64,000 bases of DNA from positions 2,128-66,127 of the forward strand of contig JAJYWD010000002.1 of assembly GCA_021791655.1 (NCBI GenBank), read 5' to 3'. Each line of letters begins with the position of its first letter. Positions within the stretch are counted from its first letter, which is position 1. The notes below the pieces were generated by a model. The model was given only the letters and a program-made list of their open reading frames with translations, made no database searches and was not told the DNA's origin. Shown one piece after another: positions 1 to 8,477 of the stretch. The position numbers and the translations under genes were made by a program. This stretch comes from Nanobdellota archaeon (GTDB lineage: Archaea; Nanobdellota; Nanobdellia; Parvarchaeales; Parvarchaeaceae).

Positions 1-61
1 CGCCGATAATAATCATAGAACCCGCAAGGAAAGTGAGCTGGGGCCTTTGACGTAAAAACTT

Positions 62-3000
62 GTGAATTTTACAGAAAAAACGCTTAAATACGAGTATCTT
101 CCTTCTTATAATATGCTACGACTTAAAAGTAATGAAATATTGATGGATTATGGCATAGCTAGAGTTGGACTATTTGCTGCATCGATAATTATACTGTTCC
201 TAGCGCTTTCACTGCTATCCGCACAAATGAACGCTCTGGGCGGAAATGTCAACCCGATTAGTTTACATTCTCCGCAGATCTCATTTAGTAGCTCCCCACC
301 CAAAATAAAATTGTCTATTTCGGGAAATAAGTCCTACGGCAACGTAATTAACATAATAGTAAATATCCCGAACACTTCAGATTATGTCGGCATAAAGATT
401 AGTAACAACGGCTACGATTTTGTAGTGCCTCTCAACAGGCCAATGGCCGCATATTCTGGATTGCTCCCGGTAGGTAAATATACGGTGATCGCATTTTCTA
501 ACAGCAGCGGGATTAAAGATATTACCAAACCCCTAAAAATAAAACAGGCAAAACCGAAGGTAAGTTGCACCCACACTCCCAAATCGAGTTTCGACTATAA
601 CGGTACACCGTTCCATTTGACATGCAATGTAAGCACAATCGATAATCAGCTTAATTATAATTTGTATATAAAATACACATCTAAGAACGGTGGAAAACCA
701 TGGGATAAATATATAGGAAATACAAACACATCGATTTCCTATTCAAATGCCTCGGCAGGCAAATATACATGGACATTCAACACTACTAGAAACCAAAATT
801 ACTCTACTACAAAAAAGGCGGGACACTTAACGGGATACTTATCTATAAAACCTGGAATCGCAATGGAACTAAATGGAGCAATGGATAAAAGACAGCAGAT
901 GGTATACGGCACGCCATCAAATTTCAGCGCCTCTATATCGCCATCCACTGACTTCATCAGCATTTATATAAATGGCACGCTTATGGCAGGACCACGAAGG
1001 GGGAACGTAACATACTCTACTTTGCTGGGTGCAGGCATGTATAAAATTACTGCAGCGACTAATGCTAGTCATATCATTAATGTCTCCTATTTTGAGAATG
1101 TCAGCAAGGCAACCCCGACCATAACCCTTACTGCGACAAGAGGCAACTTCACCTACAACGGCACGACTGAGAATATCAGCGGCTCCGTGTCCAGTGTCAA
1201 CAGCCAGGTCTCCGGTAGTCTATACATCAACGGCTTATTGGAGTCAAGCCTGTACAAGAACGCTACCGCTGGGATATGGAGCGCATGGTTCAACACCACT
1301 GCAAACCAGAACTATTCCGCAGCCCAGTCCCACATCGCAAGGCAGATCTACAAGGCAACGCTCACACAAACATTATCGTCAAGCCCTACGTCTCCTTTCA
1401 CCTACGACGGCAGCGCTCCGACGATAACCGACACTCTTTCAGGCACGCTGGTCAGCGGGCAGTCTGGGCTGTCTTTCGCTCTCGGTAACGATTCGCTCTC
1501 TACGGGGTCTACCGGCTCATCCACGCTTTCCTCTTCGTCTTTCACGTTCTCAGCCCTCGGCGGGAAGTACGCTTCGGCGGGTCCTTACAGTTACACCTCC
1601 ACGTCTAGCGGGGACCAGAACTACACTATTATGAATTCGCCTCCTTTGACAATCACGATAAGCAAGGCAACGCCAGCCATGTCATTGCTTTCTGCACCCG
1701 GCAACTTCACGTACAACGGGACGGAAGACGCTTTTACGGGGGCAGTGACCAGCGTGGATGACCAGCTTAGCGGCGAATTGTACGTGAATGGCACGCTGAA
1801 AACTGGCCCGTATTCGACCGCGACGGTCGGCGTTTACAAAGCCGTATTCAATACTTCTGGCAACCGGAATTACAGCGCGGCTTCTTCAAAAGTCTCGGTC
1901 AGCATCCTACTGGCGGTCCCGGCGCTTTTGTGCGCGTCTAAGCCGGGGAATTTCATAGAAAATGGCACGCAAGAAAACTTGACCTGTAAGATAGACACCG
2001 TAGACAACCAGCTAGCAGCCGATTTGTATATAAACTATTCAAATTCGCTTGGAAGTAGGTGGATGAAATACATAAACCAGACAAACAACGACATTTCGTA
2101 TTATAACTCATCATGGGGGGGATACACCGCGATATTCAATACGTCCGGTGACCAGAACTATACTGGTTTTTCCGTTAACCGAAGCTCTGTAATCAGGTTA
2201 GAGCGTGCGATCATTACAGTAACACCCCCACCGACCTCACAGCCGACTAACAACACGTTGAACTCTTCAAGTTCTGCCGCGAACAACTCGCATTTAGCCG
2301 GTACCAACCCTTCCGGCGTAAATACGCAGAAGGTCTTGACTAATCGAACTAACTTGAACGAGACCAACTTCGGCGACCACATCGTGGAAGTTTATCTCAA
2401 TACGAGCGTGCAAAACGATGCTGTTACTTTAGACTTATCCAAAGTCGTCCCGTCATCTAACTTTTATATACCTATAACTGGAAGCGGCGTAGGCGTGACG
2501 GGCCTGATTGGGATATCTATGGACGAGAATATTAACACTAGCAACGTAAAACTGAATGTAACTAAAGTATCTGACGCCACATGCTTCGGCGGCAATTTGC
2601 CTGCACCAGTCTCATTTGTAAACATAACAACACCATTCAACGAGAGCAAAATATCGCAAGTGATTTATTATTTTGAGGTAAGCAAACAGCAGCTAGCCGC
2701 AGCCAACTTGAGCGCATCGGAAATATCACGTTACAGATGCAACCCGGAAACGCACGAATGGCAGGAACTGCCGACCTATTTCGTATCACAGAATTCTACA
2801 ACAGTCATCTACAAGGCGATATCGCCAAGTTTCTCGCTGTACGGCAGCGCAAAGGGACAGACGATTATGCCGCAGAATACAAGCAGTGCAAACTCGCACA
2901 AAAAGAATGCGACATCGGGCAAACAGGCCCAATTGGTGGAAGTGCAGAGCCTTATTCCTACTAAGGCTTCGGATCCTGGATTTTTGTTCTCATTCATGGC

Positions 3001-3067
3001 GATAGGCGCCATCGCTCTGCCGCTGCTAAGCATGGTAGTATACAGAAAGATATGCACGGTGAGGTAA
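62..3067 (+). CDS. Large cell-surface glycoprotein: N-terminal signal-anchor, about six tandem Ig-like repeats, Thr/Pro/Ser linker, PGF-CTERM-like C-terminal anchor. The ORF opens at GTG 62; the first ATG is at 113 (MLRLKSNEIL...).
   Basis: 1001-aa ORF with a hydrophobic N-terminus (GLFAASIIILFLALSLL) and dozens of N-X-S/T sequons. A repeated module carries NFTYNGT...DNQL...LY(I/V)NG...NQNYS. The linker is TVTPPPTSQPTNNT. The C-terminus is DPGFLFSFMAIGAIALPLLSMVVYRKICTVR, i.e. PGF, a TM helix and a basic tail. Confidence 0.7.
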   Translation: MNFTEKTLKYEYLPSYNMLRLKSNEILMDYGIARVGLFAASIIILFLALSLLSAQMNALGGNVNPISLHSPQISFSSSPPKIKLSISGNKSYGNVINIIVNIPNTSDYVGIKISNNGYDFVVPLNRPMAAYSGLLPVGKYTVIAFSNSSGIKDITKPLKIKQAKPKVSCTHTPKSSFDYNGTPFHLTCNVSTIDNQLNYNLYIKYTSKNGGKPWDKYIGNTNTSISYSNASAGKYTWTFNTTRNQNYSTTKKAGHLTGYLSIKPGIAMELNGAMDKRQQMVYGTPSNFSASISPSTDFISIYINGTLMAGPRRGNVTYSTLLGAGMYKITAATNASHIINVSYFENVSKATPTITLTATRGNFTYNGTTENISGSVSSVNSQVSGSLYINGLLESSLYKNATAGIWSAWFNTTANQNYSAAQSHIARQIYKATLTQTLSSSPTSPFTYDGSAPTITDTLSGTLVSGQSGLSFALGNDSLSTGSTGSSTLSSSSFTFSALGGKYASAGPYSYTSTSSGDQNYTIMNSPPLTITISKATPAMSLLSAPGNFTYNGTEDAFTGAVTSVDDQLSGELYVNGTLKTGPYSTATVGVYKAVFNTSGNRNYSAASSKVSVSILLAVPALLCASKPGNFIENGTQENLTCKIDTVDNQLAADLYINYSNSLGSRWMKYINQTNNDISYYNSSWGGYTAIFNTSGDQNYTGFSVNRSSVIRLERAIITVTPPPTSQPTNNTLNSSSSAANNSHLAGTNPSGVNTQKVLTNRTNLNETNFGDHIVEVYLNTSVQNDAVTLDLSKVVPSSNFYIPITGSGVGVTGLIGISMDENINTSNVKLNVTKVSDATCFGGNLPAPVSFVNITTPFNESKISQVIYYFEVSKQQLAAANLSASEISRYRCNPETHEWQELPTYFVSQNSTTVIYKAISPSFSLYGSAKGQTIMPQNTSSANSHKKNATSGKQAQLVEVQSLIPTKASDPGFLFSFMAIGAIALPLLSMVVYRKICTVR
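548..2201 (+). repeat. Intragenic tandem repeats (about six copies of an 85-100-aa module) inside the surface glycoprotein gene.
   Basis: At protein level, KATPTITLTATRGNFTYNGTTENISGSVSSVNSQVSGSLYINGLL and KATPAMSLLSAPGNFTYNGTEDAFTGAVTSVDDQLSGELYVNGTL recur, as do KPGNFIENGT...DNQLAADLYINYS and FDYNGT...DNQLNYNLYIKY. Each copy ends in NQNYS or NRNYS. Confidence 0.6.
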
Positions 3068-3738
3068 GGAAAGTTATGGTATTAAAGAAGAAGATTAGAA
3101 GCACATTGAGTTATCTGCGTGGTGCGTCCTACCAGACTGCGTTTGCCACTGCAGCGCTAGTAGCAGACAAGATAACGACCTTCGAAGGAATAAAGTACAT
3201 AGAGAGCTTCGGGTATTCCCTGTCCAAGGCTGAGACCAGAGAAATGGACCCCGTAACACACGCGTTTATACAGCATCTTGGCCTAATTGATGGATTAGCG
3301 GCTGGAGTGCCTTTTTCCCTTGGCATGATTTATGGGCTCGGAGTCTTCCTGGACAAAGGACTTAAAAATGACAAGTTCAATCTACTTAACAGGTCAAAGT
3401 ACCTCAAGCTAGCGATGACATTTATGGGAGGTGTTGAAACCGCCATAGCAGCGCACAATTATGCCGAGCTCCAAGGTATTTACACGCCGCTGGACCCTTA
3501 CTTCCTCCCATTAATCGGTACTATAGAGGCGTGCGTGAGCGTGCCGTTCCTGTACCGGCACTTTAAAAACAGGGGAAAACAGACGCAGATAATAAATGAC
3601 AATAAAAAAATAAAGAAAAAGATGGGGGCCGACAAACTGCTGAGCAAAAGAGAGAAAGATTCTATACTTGAACTTTTATTATCAGAAACTAAGGATTTCT
3701 ATAATGATAGGGATTCGTTGCTGGTAAGAGACTCCTAA
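3052..3738 (+). CDS. Hypothetical membrane-associated protein that overlaps the end of the glycoprotein gene.
   Basis: 228-aa ORF with two or three hydrophobic segments and a K-rich C-terminus. No motif was recognised. Confidence 0.4.
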   Translation: MHGEVRKVMVLKKKIRSTLSYLRGASYQTAFATAALVADKITTFEGIKYIESFGYSLSKAETREMDPVTHAFIQHLGLIDGLAAGVPFSLGMIYGLGVFLDKGLKNDKFNLLNRSKYLKLAMTFMGGVETAIAAHNYAELQGIYTPLDPYFLPLIGTIEACVSVPFLYRHFKNRGKQTQIINDNKKIKKKMGADKLLSKREKDSILELLLSETKDFYNDRDSLLVRDS

Positions 3739-3748
3739 AGCGCGCACA

Positions 3749-4210
3749 TCAAGAAGCAGTGTAGTTAAATGAAGTGGATACGGACCCCACCTCAAATCCG
3801 AAAAGATCGGATTTCCCGCTCAGCGATATCCTGCCACTTTCGGAGGAGTTCAGGACCAGAACGCCGACCTTAGCTGGCGAGATGAGTACATTATCGTTAA
3901 GTATGCTCACGGGTTTACCGTTCAGGGTAGCAGAAAATGAGCCTATTGAGAACGTGTACGCATTGAACACTGCCACGTCTGTGGTATTTCCCGTGCCTTG
4001 GTTCGCACCAACTATATTGGGCCCAACGTTTATCGGCAGGCTGAAATTCGGTATAAAAGACAATGGCGAAGAATGGAACAGCAACGCACTGCCTATTATT
4101 ATCACAGCTATCACTACTACGCCCTCGAAAAGGGGTTTTATTATCCTTATCAGCGTGATGACACCGACTATTATTATGACGATTCCAAGGATAGTCTCTA
4201 TGTCGATCAT
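3749..4210 (-). CDS. Hypothetical small membrane-anchored protein.
   Basis: The N-terminus has two hydrophobic helices (ILGIVIIIVGVITLI, VVVIAVIIIGSALLF) followed by a Ser/Gly-rich domain. It is co-directional with L23 immediately upstream. Overlapping plus-strand ORFs look less protein-like. Confidence 0.35.
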   Translation of the reverse strand: MIDIETILGIVIIIVGVITLIRIIKPLFEGVVVIAVIIIGSALLFHSSPLSFIPNFSLPINVGPNIVGANQGTGNTTDVAVFNAYTFSIGSFSATLNGKPVSILNDNVLISPAKVGVLVLNSSESGRISLSGKSDLFGFEVGSVSTSFNYTAS

Positions 4211-4275
4211 GAAAGCACCACCATGAAAATTATTGGCATGCTAAGGTTATATTAGTTTGTATGCACTCGGCCGGC

Positions 4276-4551
4276 TCATATTATACCGAGCTTGGTCGCC
4301 AAGTCGGTCGCGTTATAACCCTTTCTAAGCTTTACTATGGCTACGCGGCTGCCGTCCTGCTTGTTCAGGATGTTGACTTTCTCCACCTTTACATCGAATA
4401 GCTTTTCCACTTCCTTCTTTATCTCGACCCGGTTTGACTTCTTACCGACTATGAACGGCACCTTGTTCTGGGTCTGCAGCATCAGGCTTGCCTTCTCGCC
4501 TCTCTCCACACTTATAAGAGTCTTAATCGTGCTTTCCATATACCTTGTCAA
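4276..4551 (-). CDS. rpl23: Ribosomal protein L23 (uL23).
   Basis: 91-aa protein with a KVNILN...VKLRKGY motif. It follows L4 in the L3-L4-L23 order. Confidence 0.9.
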   Translation of the reverse strand: MTRYMESTIKTLISVERGEKASLMLQTQNKVPFIVGKKSNRVEIKKEVEKLFDVKVEKVNILNKQDGSRVAIVKLRKGYNATDLATKLGII

Positions 4552-5338
4552 CTTCGTTTATCGCGCCCCTCGTCCATATCAGAAGCCTGCCGGCGAATCC
4601 ACCGTTGGTTACATCCGATAACTTAAGGTTATCGACATTCCTAACACTCATGTTAAGATTGCCGAACGCGCGCGTGACCGACGTGCCCTTACCTACGACC
4701 AGTACAGGTCCGAGCTTCCTCCTGTACCTTCTTCCGCGGAGTTTGCCCTTGCCTGCTCTTATGCTCCTGGCGCTTATCCTTTCCAGCTCATCGCCAAGGC
4801 CGATTGCTCTCAACTTTTCCGCGGCTTCTTTGGTTTTCTTGATCTTTTCTATATCGCCGGACACTATCAATGGCAAGGACTTAAGCTTTGATATCCTGTG
4901 AAACTTATCAACCAATTCCCTGTTCGCGGAAGCCGCTATGCCTACCCTTATGGCAAGCAGCCTCTCCTTTTTGTTTATCTTTTTGATCATTACTTTCTCT
5001 TTTTTGGGCGGATGGGCTTCCCTCCCACCAACGGTGTGCGGCGCGACTGCGCCCACGTAATAGAACGAGCTCCCCCCGGTGTGATAAAGCACTTTCCTTG
5101 GCGTCCTATTGAGGCCATGACCATAAGTTGTCTTGTATGCACGCCTCCTCTTTGTTAATTCAGCCGCCTTTCGCTTGCCAGCAAGTGGGTCCGTATATTT
5201 CAATTGAAAGCGCTCCGACTCCTCCGCAATGAAGGCCCTCTTGAGTACATACAGGTTAAGCTTCTCGGAGAATACCTGCGGCAACGGCACTTCAGCCTCT
5301 TTTTCTCCAGTCAACGAAACAACGTCTGCCATAATCAC
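4523..5338 (-). CDS. rpl4: Ribosomal protein L4 (uL4).
   Basis: 271 aa with a GHGLNRTPRKV...GGGR-type L4 core. It lies between L3 and L23. Confidence 0.9.
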   Translation of the reverse strand: MIMADVVSLTGEKEAEVPLPQVFSEKLNLYVLKRAFIAEESERFQLKYTDPLAGKRKAAELTKRRRAYKTTYGHGLNRTPRKVLYHTGGSSFYYVGAVAPHTVGGREAHPPKKEKVMIKKINKKERLLAIRVGIAASANRELVDKFHRISKLKSLPLIVSGDIEKIKKTKEAAEKLRAIGLGDELERISARSIRAGKGKLRGRRYRRKLGPVLVVGKGTSVTRAFGNLNMSVRNVDNLKLSDVTNGGFAGRLLIWTRGAINEVDKVYGKHD

Positions 5339-6285
5339 TTAATAAAATTCACCTTTACGGGTTCCGCTTTGCGCACCGGCCTCAACGCCTTCCTGAATAT
5401 TATCAATCTCCCAGCACTTCCGGGTACAGAGCCCCGGACTACGAGCGAGCTCGCTTTCAACTTTCCGTAATTCTTGTAGCCTTCTCCCCGGTTTATCTCA
5501 GCAGGGTCCTTTACGATTTTCAGTATGAATTTATTGTACTCAACTCGCGAGTTGAATCCTAAGCCACCGTGCTGTGGTACGGTAAACTGCACTTTTGCCA
5601 TTGATTCGGCACCAAGGTTACCAGCCTTCCTTCTTGATTTGCTCGCGTGCACGGGATACACTTTTACCCCGTAACGCTTTACGGATCCGGCAAAGCCTTT
5701 TCCTTTGGTTACGGCGGCTACGTCTATAAGCTCACCATCTCTGAGAACCGAGTTTATCTCCACCTGTTTTCCCAGCAGTTGATTAGTCAGCTCGGCCTTA
5801 GAATCCAGATTGCCGCCGATGCCCAACTCGAAAATTTCCGGCTTGTGCTTTAACCCTATCAGCCACGGTTGTGTAGAAACTATCAGCCTGACATCCTTTG
5901 CTATCTTCTTCAAGTCCTCGCTCTTTGCATTGTTCTCCTTGAATTTCACTTTTTTCAGCACGTTCTTGTGTATACCGGCGCCCCACACCTCGCCCACGCT
6001 GTTGGAATCGCCGTAGAACCTCGCACCGCACACCAAAAGCGGCGGGCACTCTATTATAGTCGCTGCAGTGACCACTTCGCTCTTGAAAGTCGGGGAATTC
6101 TTGTTCTCGTCTATGAATCCAAGATGTATCATCCCCACTTTGTATCCTGCGAAGCCGCCTATCTCTTTGTCATTCAAATTCGCGTAGTTCAAAGGATTGA
6201 CGTACGCGCGGCTATTTCTGACTATTGGATAATACTGGAGACTTCCACGTCGTGGATTGTGCTTTTTGGTTATCTGATGTGCCAT
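5335..6285 (-). CDS. rpl3: Ribosomal protein L3 (uL3).
   Basis: 316 aa with MAHQITKKHNPRRGSLQYYP, the typical archaeal L3 N-terminus. It overlaps L4 by ATGA. Confidence 0.9.
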   Translation of the reverse strand: MAHQITKKHNPRRGSLQYYPIVRNSRAYVNPLNYANLNDKEIGGFAGYKVGMIHLGFIDENKNSPTFKSEVVTAATIIECPPLLVCGARFYGDSNSVGEVWGAGIHKNVLKKVKFKENNAKSEDLKKIAKDVRLIVSTQPWLIGLKHKPEIFELGIGGNLDSKAELTNQLLGKQVEINSVLRDGELIDVAAVTKGKGFAGSVKRYGVKVYPVHASKSRRKAGNLGAESMAKVQFTVPQHGGLGFNSRVEYNKFILKIVKDPAEINRGEGYKNYGKLKASSLVVRGSVPGSAGRLIIFRKALRPVRKAEPVKVNFIK

Positions 6286-6329
6286 ACAGTGCCTTTAGCA
6301 AAGACTTATAGTTTATGCGTTAGAGCTAT

Positions 6330-7676
6330 TTAAATACTTACGAGTTCGAGCGAATTGATGTATTTACCATTCTTTGTGCTCCTTATTATTATTGCTGTCT
6401 TATTATGCTCTCCGCCGTTCCTAATATCCGACAGTAGCTGGATTATCCCAGAGTCCAAATCCTTAAAAAACATAGGTATAACGTCTCTGGTGAGGTTAAG
6501 CTTGTTCAGGACATACTTTTTGTCTGTAAGCGCGATTATCTTGGCATCTCTATGGTACCTTGAGAGGTTTACAACGCCGCTACCTTCCCCAGTAAGGATT
6601 ATCACTTCTCTTATCCCTAGTTTTGATATTATGTCCGCGGCTGCCGCAGTTATTGCGTCCTGGATGGTTACTACCTTGTACGTCGGCAGCTTCTCGCTCT
6701 TGAAATCAAAATTTGATATGACGCGCTTTAGCATCTTAAACGCACCTACGGGGTTTATGCTTATCGCGGTCTCCTCTGACAGCATTACGGCGTCTGCACC
6801 CTCGTACACCGAAGCAAATATATCGTTTACTTCCGCTCTTGTCGGCATAGGCCCCCTTGTCATGGACTCCAGCATCTGTGTGGCCACTATTACCGGTTTA
6901 CCTAACGCGTTAGACGAGGCTATCAGTCTTTTCTGTATCTCCGGTACTTTTGCAATGTCCATATTCAATCCGAGGTCACCACGCGCGATCATTATAGCAT
7001 CCGATGCGCGTGCTATATCATCAAAATTGTCAACCGCTTCCTTTCTCTCTATCTTCGACACAAGGATACTACTTTCACCCGTTAGCTTTCTTGCCATTTC
7101 TACATCTCTGGCAGATGAGACGAATGATAACGCAAACAAATCTATGCCGTTCTTTAGTCCGAACTTTATACCTTCTCTGTCGTGCATGGTTGGATAGGCG
7201 GATGAATAACTGAGATGAGCCGCGTTTACGCTCTGGTTACTCATAAGCACCCCAGAGTTGAGCGCTCTCGCTTCGACATATGATTTGGTTTTTCGTATTA
7301 TCTTTAACCCCAACTTGCCATCCGATAACTTAAGGATCCCGGTTTTCGGGATTGCCAGAAGGACATCGTGTGGAAGCGGTATCTCGTTACCGGGTCCGAG
7401 CCTGTAAACACAGCCTCTTGATAGCTCTACCCCACCGCTTACTTCCCCAGTCCTTAACTTAGGACCGGGAAGATCAAGCATTATGGATACTCCTGAGTCG
7501 AGCTTTTTACTCAGACTGCGTATAGTCTTAATGACATGACGGAAGTACTCTGGCGTATTGTGCGAGAAATTCAGCCTGAATACGTTTACACCCGCGTTAA
7601 TAAGTTCGGCTATCACGGCCGTCTTATCCGAGGCAGGCCCGATGGTCGCGATTGTCTTTATTTTGTAATTGTACAA
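6330..7676 (-). CDS. pyk: Pyruvate kinase.
   Basis: 448 aa with TIGPAS...NVFRLNFSHN...MLDLPGPKLRTG...MIARGDLG, the canonical PK motifs. Confidence 0.85.
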   Translation of the reverse strand: MYNYKIKTIATIGPASDKTAVIAELINAGVNVFRLNFSHNTPEYFRHVIKTIRSLSKKLDSGVSIMLDLPGPKLRTGEVSGGVELSRGCVYRLGPGNEIPLPHDVLLAIPKTGILKLSDGKLGLKIIRKTKSYVEARALNSGVLMSNQSVNAAHLSYSSAYPTMHDREGIKFGLKNGIDLFALSFVSSARDVEMARKLTGESSILVSKIERKEAVDNFDDIARASDAIMIARGDLGLNMDIAKVPEIQKRLIASSNALGKPVIVATQMLESMTRGPMPTRAEVNDIFASVYEGADAVMLSEETAISINPVGAFKMLKRVISNFDFKSEKLPTYKVVTIQDAITAAAADIISKLGIREVIILTGEGSGVVNLSRYHRDAKIIALTDKKYVLNKLNLTRDVIPMFFKDLDSGIIQLLSDIRNGGEHNKTAIIIRSTKNGKYINSLELVSI

Positions 7677-7784
7677 GTATCATCACCTTATTGTATATAT
7701 TTTATTGTGGTTCCGATAGTTGATATATCTACTGTTACGCAGTCTTATTTGCGTCCAAGTTAAGCGTTCTTATCCACTCGGGCT

Positions 7785-8477
7785 TCACAGAGGGGGCGCG
7801 CTTTCTTTATTCTTGCGATGCAGATAGAACAGAAAGACCGCCGCAACTATTAATGCTATGATCACGCCCCCGTAAATAACGATATACGTCCCGCTCTGGC
7901 TGGGCGCGCCGAACTGTCCGGGCGGTATGCTAAGATTGAAGATGTTACGGGAGAATTCCGACAGTGCAGTATAATATGGCACGTTCATACCGGGACTGTT
8001 ACCGAACACGTCGAGTTCTGCAGTGGAATCGTTTATGAGCAACAAAAACGATGCTGTATCGCCGGCTGGCGACACCAAGAGACCATAAGCATGGAAACCG
8101 ACAACCCCCGATAAACCGAAAGTCTGGCCGGAAAAATTAGTATATCCGCTCACCCGATACATGTATGCAAACGCTGCGGATGCGGATGAGAGATTAGCGT
8201 AGTTCACCAGTCTGTAAATTGGGGAAAAATTACCATACTCGGGGAGATTATATTCATACGCAGTAAGCACGCCCTTCCCTATGACCGGATAAGTAAGATA
8301 AACGCTCGTGATATTACTTATGCTGGAGTAGTTAGTAGGCATGATCGAATATGAAGTGGCAGACGAAACCGCTACTGCTACGGAAAGTAGCAATGGTATG
8401 ACTAATGCTCCCATCGCCGCGATCCTCACGAAGTCTAAGTCTCCCATACACCGTCCACCCACGTGTTCATTTTGCAC
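7785..8477 (-). CDS. Secreted N-glycosylated protein with a C-terminal TM anchor. The likely start is the internal Met of MGDLDF... or MGALVIPLL...
   Basis: Signal-like AAMGALVIPLLLSVAVAVSSA, many N-X-S/T sequons, and a C-terminal TM (VIIALIVAAVFLFYL) followed by HRKNK. Confidence 0.45.
   Translation of the reverse strand: MQNEHVGGRCMGDLDFVRIAAMGALVIPLLLSVAVAVSSATSYSIMPTNYSSISNITSVYLTYPVIGKGVLTAYEYNLPEYGNFSPIYRLVNYANLSSASAAFAYMYRVSGYTNFSGQTFGLSGVVGFHAYGLLVSPAGDTASFLLLINDSTAELDVFGNSPGMNVPYYTALSEFSRNIFNLSIPPGQFGAPSQSGTYIVIYGGVIIALIVAAVFLFYLHRKNKESAPPL

Noticed and set aside
3774-4255. Two plus-strand ORFs (150 aa and 85 aa, the latter Tyr-rich) overlapping the minus-strand membrane protein.
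   Set aside because: They are mutually overlapping. The minus-strand product has coherent TM helices and lies co-directionally downstream of L23. The plus-strand products lack structure-like composition.
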